Shown here: positions 29,849 to 41,931 of the stretch, piece after piece | Position numbering within the stretch: position 1 is the first letter of the stretch | Layout: every line of letters begins with the position of its first letter | Notes under the pieces: model-generated | Database searches by the model: none | Told to the model about the DNA's origin: nothing | The model's input: only the letters and a program-made list of their open reading frames with translations | Program-made: the position numbers and the translations under genes | DNA from: Podarcis melisellensis | Taxonomy: Eukaryota | Length of the DNA stretch: 64,000 nt | Assembly: GCA_964234715.1 (NCBI GenBank) | Contig: OZ174278.1 | Direction: 5' to 3' (one strand)

Positions 29849-32290
29849 TCTGCTTGCTGCNNNNNNNNNNNNNNNNNNNNNNNNNNNNNNNNNNNNNNNN
29901 NNNNNNNNNNNNNNNNNNNNNNNNNNNNNNNNNNNNNNNNNNNNNNNNNNNNNNNNNNNNNNNNNNNNNNNNNNNNNNNNNNNNNNNNNNNNNNNNNNNN
30001 NNNNNNNNNNNNNCAGAAGCCCTACTTTGAAGGTTTAAAGACTCCATTGTAGTTGAGATTAACTCCTCCACCCCCTACTCCCAGACTGTATTTATAATTT
30101 TGTGACTGAGGATCATTTGTTAATGTACTGTGCCTTTAACTTTAGACAACTTTTTATTTTGATGTCCTGTTGGCTCAGTAATGCCCAAGATTATCAATTG
30201 TCTTGACAAAATTACTCTACTTGGGCTTTAAAAAAATCAAACCTTGGCACGCAGGTGTGATACAACTTACAGGAATCATTGATTCATCCACTTTATACTA
30301 CAAAAAAAAACTTGTGCGGTGGCCTGCATTAGGGCTTTGATACTCAGATTTGAAAAAAATAAAACATCTTGAAGCATATCAATGGAATTAGTTTCTAATG
30401 TGGCAAAACTGTACTAAGTTAAAGTTGATTTGCTCACTCTATCCTGGATAGGTACTTAGAACCTGATAGTCTTTAATAAGCCATTCCAGTCATGATGATG
30501 ATGAAGATGAAGTGATGTATGGATACATGCATACAAGCACTGTTTTAAAGTTAATGCAAGTAAACACAGCAATTCCAGTGTTTAGGCAGATTATTAATGT
30601 GAGCTAGCCAAATGGAGGCGGAACATTACAGGGAATGTTTAAAGGTCTGAACTTGAAATAGTTTTTAGGAGAATTCATCTACTTAGACTTTTCAAAATTG
30701 CCTGCCATATTAAAATTGAAATGGTAGAATGGCTGACCACAACAGTGATGGGTCCACCTTTTAAGGGCCTGACTGATNNNNNNNNNNNNNNNNNNNNNNN
30801 NNNNNNNNNNNNNNNNNNNNNNNNNNNNNNNNNNNNNNNNNNNNNNNNNNNNNNNNNNNNNNNNNNNNNNNNNNNNNNNNNNNNNNNNNNNNNNNNNNNN
30901 NNNNNNACTGGCTTACTGTAGACTTGTAAAATGGCTCCAGAAGAGTAACAAATTCTGAGATCACAAAGGTTGGAATGTACATAACTGCACAAGGTTTCAA
31001 TTCTGCTATCAAGTGCAGTTTTAGTCAGTTTTAGTTGCATAGGTTTCCATTGTATTTAGTCTGTTATGCTGAATCTGGCCAAAGATAAGTATTTCCAACA
31101 GTAAAATGCCTCTGCCACTTAGTTTCTCTGAGCTATCTTCTGCGGCCAGAGCTGTTACCAACTCTTAGTCTAAGTGGCATAGGACAACAGCAAAATCTCC
31201 TAANNNNNNNNNNNNNNNNNNNNNNNNNNNNNNNNNNNNNNNNNNNNNNNNNNNNNNNNNNNNNNNNNNNNNNNNNNNNNNNNNNNNNNNNNNNNNNNNN
31301 NNNNNNNNNNNNNNNNNNNNNNNNNNNNNNNNNNNNNNNNNNNNNNNNNNNNNNNNNNNNNNNNNNNNNNNNNNNNNNNNNNNNNNNNNNNNNNNNNNNN
31401 NNNNNNNNNNNNNNNNNNNNNNNNNNNNNNNNNNNNNNNNNNNNNNCTTGTCTAAGGAGGAGGAACTAGATTCTAAAACTGGGACCATGGGAATAATGNN
31501 NNNNNNNNNNNNNNNNNNNNNNNNNNNNNNNNNNNNNNNNNNNNNNNNNNNNNNNNNNNNNNNNNNNNNNNNNNNNNNNNNNNNNNNNNNNNNNNNNNNN
31601 NNNNNNNNNNNNNNNNNNNNNNNNNNNNNNNNNNNNNNNNNNNNNNNNNNNNNNNNNNNNNNNNNNNNNNNNNNNNNNNNNNNNNNNNNNNNNNNNNNNN
31701 NNNNNNNNNNNNNNNNNNNNNNNNNNNNNNNNNNNNNNNNNNNNNNNNNNNNNNNNNNNNNNNNNNNNNNNNNNNNNNNNNNNNNNNNNNNNNNNNNCTG
31801 ATAGTAAAACAAAAATTGGCAACTTTAAAATTAAACATGCCAAGGTTTTGATACACTTGTCTTAAGATATTAATGAAACACTTCAAAACACTGACGTGAA
31901 GTGTCCAGATTCTCAGATGTTTGTTGCGTGAGTTTTTGTTNNNNNNNNNNNNNNNNNNNNNNNNNNNNNNNNNNNNNNNNNNNNNNNNNNNNNNNNNNNN
32001 NNNNNNNNNNNNNNNNNNNNNNNNNNNNNNNNNNNNNNNNNNNNNNNNNNNNNNNNNNNNNNNNNNNNAGCCAGCAATATTATTCAGTTCAGATAAGGAT
32101 TCAATCATATGCAAAGAATGGGTTTAATCATATGCAATGAACGGATTTAAACTTGCTGAATGTAAAGATTTGAACTTCAAGTCACTGTAGGTTTAGTAAT
32201 TGCTTATTGTATTAGTTTAGATGCTAGCACTGCATGTGCTGTGCATTGCTCTCAATTTTAATAAAATAAAAAGTTGAAATGCACTTTATG
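29849..32290 (+). other. DDX3X: DDX3X 3'UTR; proximal AATAAA 30358-30363, distal AATAAA pair 32260-32270; five N-runs
   Basis: Repeat-free AU-rich tract after the stop; distal signal followed by GU/U-rich sequence. Confidence 0.75.
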
Positions 32291-33758
32291 ATGTTGGTCT
32301 TTTTCTTGGTGACAAAATGTGCTTCTCCTTTTTCATTGTTAATCCTTACTGATTGCAGTGAGACACCCCAGGTTAAGTGCCACAGATGCAAGTTTCTAAT
32401 AGAAGCAGCTCACACATTTAGCTAGGAAAGGTCATTATATGGAACAGCCCCTTGTAGCTGTTCTGCTTGGTCCCCCAGACCTAGTGGCCTGTTTTGCCTC
32501 ATGTTTTCTTAAATGTGGGGATGTTGTTCAAGTGGTGGGTCTTCCTCCCACCTGCAGAAAAATGGCTGCTTGATCAGATAATAGATTTCCAGAATTATAT
32601 GCTTTATGTCCATATAGTAATTGAAGGGTGTGAAAAGGAATAAGTGTGGTTTCAATTAGCTCAAGTGCCCTTTTCAATTCAGAGGTGCTTGAATGTTTAT
32701 TAAATCATTAAAATACAATTTTTCTATCTTTAAAATAATGACTCCTCCAAGAAGGAGAGAGTAGTATCTTGATGGAATAGGGCGGTGCTACTTAATAAAT
32801 GTTGAACAGATCTCTGTTTAAACAAAGCACATGAAACTTTAGCATTCACTCAACTCAACCAGCATTAAACTACTTAAAGGTGGAATAAAATGTGAAATAA
32901 AGTTGTGTCCACACCTGGTACAGGAAAGTACTTAACCCCTGAGATTGCTGTTGGAGTAAGTGACTGCAGATGGTGAGGGTAACTTTCAATACAGAAAGCA
33001 CAATCTTCCAAAAGTCATTTTGAAAACAGCTCAGACAAATTGAGAATGGTTGGAGATTATAGGGTGTCAAGCTTTAAAAGGTCTAATTGAAATGTGATCT
33101 TCACAATCTTAACTTTGAAGTTTAGTTTGATTTACTGTTCTTGGCAGTATAAAATTTAGCAGAGCAGTTTACAATGTAATTGCACGATACAACAATGGAA
33201 GAAGGAACAAAATTAAGATGTGATAAAAGCCTGTGAAGACAAGTCTGCCAGGAAGCCATTAAAGTATTCATCTCATACAAATGATGCATTGAGTTAAAAA
33301 TTACCTGAAATAGGCTGGGTATTTATGGTAAGAACTCTTAACCCACCCCCTCAGTAACTAAAGTGTTTGGGGATAGGGCCGGCAGCTCTCTAATACACTG
33401 TCAACCTGGTGCTCTCCATATATTTTTGACTATATCCATCCCTTGACACCTTGCTGTCCCCTGCTCCCCTGAAATAAGTACTACAAGGCTCTTAGTGGAT
33501 TCACATTCCTCTTAGGGGATGTGAATCCACTACGTACAACATTGTTACATATTGCACTAGTATTAATGTACTATGGAAGTGGGTGCAGGCTGTGCCTTGT
33601 GTTGCTGGTACATCAGGTGGGGGGGAAATAGTGTGGGTTTCTTTTTCTGGTTAAAATAAATATATATTCAGTATAATAAAAAGATAATTCCCTAGATGCC
33701 TGAGATGTGGGTTTGGGGCAAGTACTCTGGTGAGAGAACCTCAGCAGAGATTTAAATA

Positions 33759-33997
33759 TAGTCATACCTTGGCTCCCCAACACCTTTGGAGTCGAACGTT
33801 CCCGTTCCAGAACAATTGAAACCCATAAATGACTCATTTTCGAACATTCTTTTGGAAGCCGAATGTCTTGACAGGTCTTCTGATTGGCTGCAGGAGCTTC
33901 CTGCAGCCAATCGGAAGCCGCGCTTTGGAAGTCAGATGTTTCGGGGGTCAAACATACTTCCCAGAACGGGTTCTGTTCAAGTTCCAAGGTATGACCG
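33759..33997. mobile_element. TcMar/Tigger-like MITE with internal hairpin
   Basis: TA|tagtcataccttgg ... ccaaggtatgaccg|TA; internal palindrome gattggctgcagga-gct-tcctgcagccaatc. Confidence 0.75.
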
Positions 33998-35099
33998 TAC
34001 AGCAAAGGAAAGTGTGGATGGCGCAGTAGACCTTTAAAACAACCCCTCGGTTGCTTCTAAAGTTGTCCTCTTAGCATAGAAAAAGACCATGTGGTTTGGT
34101 AAGTTAAAGGTGGTTTACTTACAAATTCTTCAAGGGTCAGATTCATGTGCTTTTCCGTAGAGCAGTCAGAAAAGACAAGCGGTAAGATTGGGGTTCCAAA
34201 GTCGTGAAAGTTCCTAAAGTATAGATACACAAGGATGGCTTGCTTAAGTCACATGGTCTATGCTAGATGTAGAGTTTGCATGATGGAATGGAAAAACAAA
34301 GGCTTTATCACCTTCCCAATGTGAGGGGAAGTAACCTAGCTAAACCTGGCAGGACAGCTTACTCTATGGTCTTAACCCTTTCATGCATTAATTAGGCTTA
34401 AGCCTGAATATCCCCCAAATACTGGGTGCACATGCACCGAAAAGCACAAACATGCAAGTTAATGTTTCAACAACAGAACTTTGCCTTTTGCTCCACCTTC
34501 GCCCAATCTGGAAGGCATGCTGGGGCTGGGAGAGCAAATAAAGTCCAATTGCATGACTCTGCAGCTGATGGCCACAGTCTGCATGATGCAGCAGGTTGGT
34601 TGTGCAACTAGTGCATGCTAAGAGAACAGCATCTGGCACCAGAAATGTTTGTTACTTCAGCCCTGGTGGCTGGACAGCATTTTCCCCACTGCACCTGTGG
34701 GGGCATTATTCAAAGACGGGGGCGGGGCGGGGGGAAACACATTTCTGTCCCAGCATCTGCTTCTTGAGGTGGTTGCCTCACTCAGCCCAATGGTAGATCC
34801 AGTTCCACTGCTTTGTGTTGTGGTTCAGATTATGGCAGGCAGCTGAGTTTTGAGACTTTCCCTTGATAGGAGAAGTCAGGTGTGTGCCTTCCTCTGTCAC
34901 TGTGTATGCTAAAATCATAAACTAGCCCTCAAACATAATTATATGCCTCTCCTTATGTAACTAGCACTGGGCGAGGGTTGTTTTTCCTTTTGTAATGCTG
35001 GCGATGGCTGAGGGCCAGCTCCTGTCTGATTTTTTGGGGGGTGTGAGGGGAATAAAAGCTGATGGATTTGTCAACAATCCAGAAGCTTTATGGAACAAG

Positions 35100-35265
35100 A
35101 CAAACTCATCCGTCTCTGCTAATCCTCCCCTGATACAGAGGATTTTCCTGCCATTAAATGATAGCTTTTGAGAGCAGAGAAAATGCTAGCCTTTCAGAGA
35201 TGCTGCAACAGAGCTAACCGCAAGCTTCAGAAGAAAAAAGGACAACACAGACATCCCCCCGTCAG
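35100..35265 (+). promoter_or_regulatory. NYX: Putative NYX promoter and non-coding first exon, with OTX2/CRX-type TAATCC (35120-35125)
   Basis: Strong donor CAG|gtaagg at 35265/6 upstream of the 35692 acceptor; K50 homeodomain site typical of retinal genes. TSS not determined. Confidence 0.45.
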
Positions 35266-35733
35266 GTAAGGGAGGCAGGTAACCAGTCCTTTTTCTACTT
35301 CACTTTGATTCTGTAGGTGTTGGTGGAGGAAAGCATCTGTGGCTGGTTACATACAGCCATACATTTTCATTATTTCCCGTCCACTTCATATTTCAGTGTG
35401 ATGTATTATAAGACTTTGGGCAAGTAGGATCACAATCTAATGCACAATTTTTTGGGAGAAAGTCCCATTGAATTTAGAGGGAATCCAATTCACTCTGAAA
35501 ATAAAGATGCAAAGGATTGGGTTGCTGGTTGGAAAGGTTTGTGGAAGAAACCAGCGGAAGGGAGATCAGTTATGCTTTTAGACAGAGGATGAAAAAAACA
35601 TTATAAGCAGTACTTTTTAAAAAAGAAAGGCAAAGGACAATTGCAAATCAGAACTGTATGGCATAGTTCCCTGTTTTTGGTCTGCTTTCAGATTTTGGAG
35701 GACCTGAGATGCCACAAGCAACTAATCAGGGTA

Positions 35734-35755
35734 ATGTTTGTCATCATTTTAAATG
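35734..35755 (+). CDS. NYX: NYX first coding segment (ATG...AAT G) in exon 35692-35755
   Basis: Acceptor ctgctttcag (35691); donor G|gtaagt; phase 1 matches the main exon. Confidence 0.8.
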
Positions 35756-38700
35756 GTAAGTAGACTTTTCATTCCACAAAATTTTACAGCAAGTAAAGCT
35801 AGTAGTGTGTAGTTCTTTTATTTTGAAAGAGTTAATTTATCTTAAGCACCCACTGCAGGGAATTTATCAGTTTTCGGAGTCAGATTTTTCAGCATAAAGG
35901 TACAGGACTGGATCATTTGCCAATTATTACAACATCTGTCATTTTTCTGCTATGCTGCCCTTTTACTTCAGTCATATCTGGACACCAGCAATTCCCCTTT
36001 TGTTTAATCTATTATATTGATTAGTGTTTGTGGTTCTTTGAAGAGAAATATGGACCATGAACTCTGAGGAAATTGTATCCCTCTGTGGACTCTACTTAAT
36101 TATGTATTAACTGTCTTTCTGTGTAAAGATAGTATGGCGGCTGTCCTTTAAGCTTATTCCTTTCTTTGGATACCTAAAATGGACACTTGCTACAAATGTC
36201 AAATTGACATTTGGGATTTGAAGAACTTTTCAGCATTTTGTGCGGCTTAATTTGTGACTTTGATTGGGGACAATTTTATGGAAAAGAAAAACACTGCCCA
36301 TTCCCTGCTATACTGAGGCAAATTAGAATAAAGTGGGGATCCAGTTTACAGTGGGGGGGGATTATTTACCTCAGTTTAGTGCTCTTTTGACTTAGTTTAT
36401 CCTTCTTTCTCTCGCATTGAATAGCTAAGCCCTTCAGGTAATGCATACTTAATTCTTGGTGACACAGTTTTGCGTTAATAATGCCTAAATAAACAGTAGA
36501 CTAGAGCTGTGCAGATAGATGATTTTTGATGGTGGACTATTGCAATGTGGTCATTAAAGCTATACACAATATCTACACACAATACACAGACTAGCGTTGA
36601 TGACTTTTAGTTAAGGGGAAATGAACAGAAAGAGTTACGCAGCAGGCTTTATTTTACTGCAGCTGTAAGCCTTAATGTTACCATCCTTTATATTCCTAAG
36701 TACCAAAGATACATCTGTGTAGCAGAGAACGGAGTGTTTATTACCATTTATTAACATACTGGTAAATGATGGTTGTTGCTGTTGCTGTTGTTGTTTTTAA
36801 ATCCCTTTAAAATGTCCTCCCCTCCACCCCAAGTACTTGAATGATTATTCCTATTCCAACTTTTAAGGAGTGGACTTATAGCAGGGATGGGGAGCCTATA
36901 GCTCTCTAAATGTTGTTGGACTACAACTCCCATCATTTGCTGATCACTGGCCATGCTGGTGATGACTGATAGGAGTTGGAGTCCCAGCAGCATTTGGAGC
37001 AAGGATGGGGACCCTTTTTAAGGGGCCATGGTGGGGCAGAGGCAAAAGTGTGCAGAGCACGAGTGGGTCTATGTTTCTCCTTCCCTGTGTGCCCCCGAAA
37101 ATCTGCTTTGGAGGGTTGGCAGTCTCCCTCAAGCAGATATTGGGGGGGGGGGGGAGCACAGTGGGGAGAAGGGAAATCGGAAGTCTTGTTGCACAAGCTG
37201 ATTTCCATTGTGCAAGCAGTTCGATATCATTAGGTGTTGTCCGCTCACTATTCAGTAAGGGTGTGTAGCATCCAAGCTTCACAGAGAGGACTTTTAGAAA
37301 GGCTACAAGCACACATTTATTAATTACATGTTGCTTTATAAATGTATTTTGTTCTGGGGGTAGTCCATTAGCAAGTTTCAAGCAGCACCTAGAATTCTAG
37401 ACACGAAATGATTCTCAAACGACAAATCAGGACAGTCAGTTTGGACACATTTCCACCTCTCCAGATAGTCATTAAAAGGTCATTAAAAAGCATTGAGTGC
37501 AAGATGCTTTGTTAGGATTTGCCTGAGTGAATGTGACACATCACTGACACCTTGTCCAAGTACTTGATGGTTTCTGGAATGAATAATAATAGTGGAATAG
37601 TGTTCTAACTCATCCCCTCAGTGCAAAGATTACTGCTAGTGCAAAGGGACTTTCCTCTTCTTCTCCCTTGCACCCTCCCCAAATCTGGAGTATTGAGGGG
37701 AACCTTTGAACAGATTTAGCAGGGGCAGGAGTGGGGGAAGTCCTATTATGCTAGTTGTAAACTTTGCACTGATGGTGCCCTGCCATAGCACTATGTTGGA
37801 TACAACCCAAGAACAGTGCACTAGGTGTTGTATATATTTTTCTCTGTTTTTAAGCAAGAGTGCATTCCTCGGATCACTCCGAACACCATATCCGAGAGAT
37901 CCTAAGCATGCACACTTTAAAGCCCATTGGTCTTCTAGGAAAACCAAATCCTTACATTCTATAAGACAAATTCAGCCCATCTCTGACCTGTGTTCATACA
38001 GTAAGCAGAGGATGAAATGAATGTCCTGGGGTAGCTTTTCAAATGTCAAACAGGCCTGGGCTTGTCTGCACTCTTGAGGCACTTTGCAAAATAGATCTGT
38101 GATGTTTGGTACATCTATCTCCACGGTGCATAAAGCACAAAGGATTTTAAAAATGCAAAGTGCCTCAAGAGTGCAGATCATTCTATAAGGGGTTAAGTAC
38201 CTTCCTGTACCAGGTGTGGACACAACTTTATTTCAGCATTTTATTCCACCTTTAAGTAGTTTAATGCTGGTTGAGGCTTGTCTGCACTCTTGAGGCACTT
38301 TGCAAAATACAGTAGATCTGTGATGTTTGGTACATCTATCTCCACAGTGCATAAAGCACAAAGGATTTTTAAAATGCAGCCCCCCCCCCCCGAAATATTG
38401 TTCACCGATGCTTAAATTATGTCACGGAGGCCTAAGGAGCCTGCAAGTTTGAGCAGAAGAACTTTGGGGGAAAGGGAACTACTTAACCCTTTCAATCCTA
38501 ATTGCTTTTCTGTTCGAAACTCCCCCCTCCCCGATCTTTCTCCACCTTAGAGAGAGGGAAAACAGAGGGCCCGATATGTTTCACTTCAGAGGCAGGGAGC
38601 AATTTTGAACAGAAAAATAACTGAAGGAGCATGGGATGGAATTCTTCTGCTCAACTTCACAGCCTCCTGTAGCAGGTTGTGGTTGCATGTGTCAATCCAC

Positions 38701-41700
38701 TTGATCACATGCGGTATCTGGTGTTTAAATATCAAATCTGGAATGTTCCACAGAGGAACACTGAAAACAGGAAGGTAAGGATGATGAACGTTTAAGCGAA
38801 GTGGTTTTTAATAGTTCTGAAGTGTAAACGATAACAAATAGTTTAGCATGCAAGAGGAGTTGTTGCTCCTTCTTATGTCATTGTGCTGGCATTACAGAGA
38901 TCTCCAGAGAGTTCCTCATGGAGCCTCTTATAGTAACCTAAAGGAGACAAGATTCAGGTAGCTGTGTTGGTCTGACACAATCGAAATAAATTTAAAAAAT
39001 TAAAAAATTGTCCAGTAGCACCTTAGAGACATGCACATGAAAGCTTATACCCAGAACAAACTTTGTTGGTCTCTAAGGTGTTACTGGACAATTTTTTAAT
39101 TTATTTCTAAAGGGGACAAAAACTAGTAGAAATACCTTCTTCACATTTTAGTAGAGAGAGGACAGCACTTTCTTCAAACATGGGCACTGAACCAAAGGAA
39201 TATTTCAAGCAAATCTCTTCTCATAGCTGTTTAAAAGTGGTCAATTGGATGAAGTTACAGTAAATATAATCCGGTCTTTGATGTGTAACCAACACACTGA
39301 TCCCACAAATTAAGGGTCTGGGAGCAAAGGATGTTACCTGCAGGGCTTGTCCCACTGAGGGCAGAAGACAAAACTGTGAACTCGTTTTAATTAGACTTTG
39401 CACTTTTGTAGCTTGCTCTTCGAAGCCGAGTACATTTTTGGCCTAATACCACATGTTTGTGTTTGGTTGCAAAGAGTGCTACCTGCTAGCTTTTACTGCT
39501 TATACTCCATTAACTTGTGTTTAAAAAAAATTTTGCCCAATGTTTGAAAATGTGGGGCTCTGTGAGCAGATAAGCTGACACAAGGACCCTGTAATATTAT
39601 GCCTTTAAACTCTCACCTGCCATGATGACCTGATGGCTAACCTGCCTGCAGTGTGCACTTGAGAAGCCTCCCCTTTCACAACCAATAATTTCAGTTTCCC
39701 CTTCTCCCAATCGAGAGTCCTAGGCTTAGTTCCAGCTGCATCCTTTAAATACAGTTCACAGGAACAGAGAAAACTTACTGATGGGAAGAGGATGGGAAAA
39801 TGCCTTCATTATGTAAATTGGGGGCAAGTTTCTCCCTCGAAAGGATCCCAAAGAAGAACTTATTGGATGTGATAGCGAAGCTTTCTCATGCCACATAATT
39901 TGAAGAGCTTATTGAGATTCTGCGAAAGTAAATCAGCTTCTTGAAACTTAATAGGACCCTTCCACAGCTGGTGTTTCATTCTCAGCAACTAGTCACTCAA
40001 TTTACCTGAAAGACCTACATTGGCTTCCAGTCCATTTCCGGGCTCAATTCAGTGTTGGTGCTGACCTTTAAAGCCCTAAATGGCCTTGGCCCAGTATACC
40101 TGAAGGAGCTTCTCCACCCCCATCGTCCAGCCTGAGGTCCAGGGCTGAGGGCCTTCTGACGGTTCCCTCACTGTGAGCAGTGAGGTTACAAGGAACCAGG
40201 CAAAGGGCCTTCTTGGTAGTGGCGCCTGCCCTGTGGAACGCCCTCCCATCAGATGTCAAGGAAATACCTGAAAGTTAGAAGACATCTGAAGGCAACCCTG
40301 TTTAGGGAAGTTTTTAATGACTGATGTTTTAATGTATTTTTAATCTTTTGTTGGAAGCTGCCCAGAGTGGCTGGGGAAACCACGGGGTATTAATTATTAA
40401 TTATTAATAGTAGTAAGCAAGATCCATTCATTATATGAATATTGTGTTTTGATACTGTGAGTGTTTACTAATATCTGATTTCTCTCTTTCTCTCCCCCGC
40501 TTCCCTTGCTGGTACACTTCTTTGCCAGTCCTTCTCTGCATCCCCCCTGTTCACTGTGTGTGGGCCTGTGTCCGCTCCTGCCCCACCAGCTGTGTGTGCA
40601 CTCAAGAGAGGAGTTGTGCCATTCTTTGCGACCGTGCTGGTTTCACACAGATCCCTAAAGAGTTTCCCTGTGAGGCCTACTCTATTAACCTGGATAAAAA
40701 TAGCATCAAATTCCTTGCTGAGAGGGCATTTGGTACCCTCCCATCCCTCAGATCTCTCTCATTAAGCCACAACAACATATCCTTCATCACTCCTGGTGCT
40801 TTCAAAGGGCTAGCCAGCTTGACGGAACTAAAAATGGCCCACAATGAATACATTCAGTATTTGCACACAAGGACTTTCATTTCACTCAAGAGGCTCGTCA
40901 GACTGGACTTAGCGGACTGCAATCTTTTCAACATCCCAGACAGGATTTTTATAGAGCTTCCAGCCCTTCAGGAACTCTTTTGCTTTCAGAACAACTTCAA
41001 AAGGATTCCAGGAGCGATACGAGGGATGGAGAATTTGACCCATGTTTATCTGGAGAAAAACAAGATCGAAGCTGTGGCTTATAATTCTCTCTTGGGTCTG
41101 ACCCAGCTGAAATATCTCAATCTACAAGATAACAGAATAAACGTGATTCATGACAGAGCTTTTCAATACTGTCAGAAATTGGAGTATCTTTATTTAAATG
41201 ACAATGTCCTCAGTGACCTCCCTGAGAACTGTTTTGACGGCCTAAGACGTCTCAACATGCTTAATCTTGGTGGCAATTTACTTCGAAATGTCTCTAATAC
41301 GTGGTTCCAGGACCAGTTAGAGCTGGAAGTTTTGTATTTGGACAGGAACAGGATTAGCCACATTGAGGAAGGGGCTTTTGAAAACCTCATAAGCTTGGTG
41401 TCTTTGCACTTGAACAGTAACAACCTAACCACCTTGCCTTTCTCAGTCTTCCAACCTGTCTACTTCCTAGGAAGGCTCTATCTTTTCCGGAACCCCTGGG
41501 AATGCGACTGCAGGATTGAGTGGCTGAAGGAATGGATGGAGAACTACAGACTTGTTAGGGATATTCCTTGTGCCTCCCCGTCCTCTGTGGCTGGTCTTGA
41601 CTTAACTGATGTTTCTTTCGAGAGAACGCCTGAAGGTTTTTGTCTTGACCCAGAGGAGTTAAATGCCACAACTTACAATCCTTTTGCAACCGCAGAACCA

Positions 41701-41931
41701 CAATCTACCACAGAGAACAAGTTCAACAGCCTTATCTCTAAATTCCTGCTCCAGAAGGGCCTTTCGGAAGAAGTAGGAAACACCACAGAAGCTTTTGTCA
41801 ACACAACCTTGTTAGATGGATTGACTAATGAGGCATCTTTAGGACTGGGGGAATGCAATATCAGATTAGTATGTTATCTAAATCTTTGGATATTGTTTAG
41901 AACTACTAGAAGTTCTATACCCTCTGTATAG
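35734..41931 (+). CDS. NYX: Nyctalopin (LRR/SLRP-class retinal protein); coding exons 35734-35755 and 40529-41931, 474 aa
   Basis: MFVIILN|VLLCIPPVHCVWACVRSCP signal peptide and LRRNT cysteine cluster, tandem LRRs, NPWECDC LRRCT; syntenic between DDX3X and CASK. Confidence 0.95.
38951..39106. mobile_element. Short hairpin-forming repeat (Penelope-like terminal fragment)
   Basis: aattgtccagtagcaccttagagac / gtctctaaggtgttactggacaatt inverted repeat; flanking ctaaagg(a/g)gacaa duplication. Confidence 0.55.
39985..40400 (+). mobile_element. L2-like LINE 3' fragment in the NYX intron
   Basis: LHWLPV...ALWNALP-type remnant, then a T-rich region and (TAT)n-like tail. Confidence 0.7.
40529..41931 (+). 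CDS. NYX: NYX main coding exon
   Basis: Long pyrimidine tract then ccag| acceptor; 469-aa LRR ORF in the track. Confidence 0.96.
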
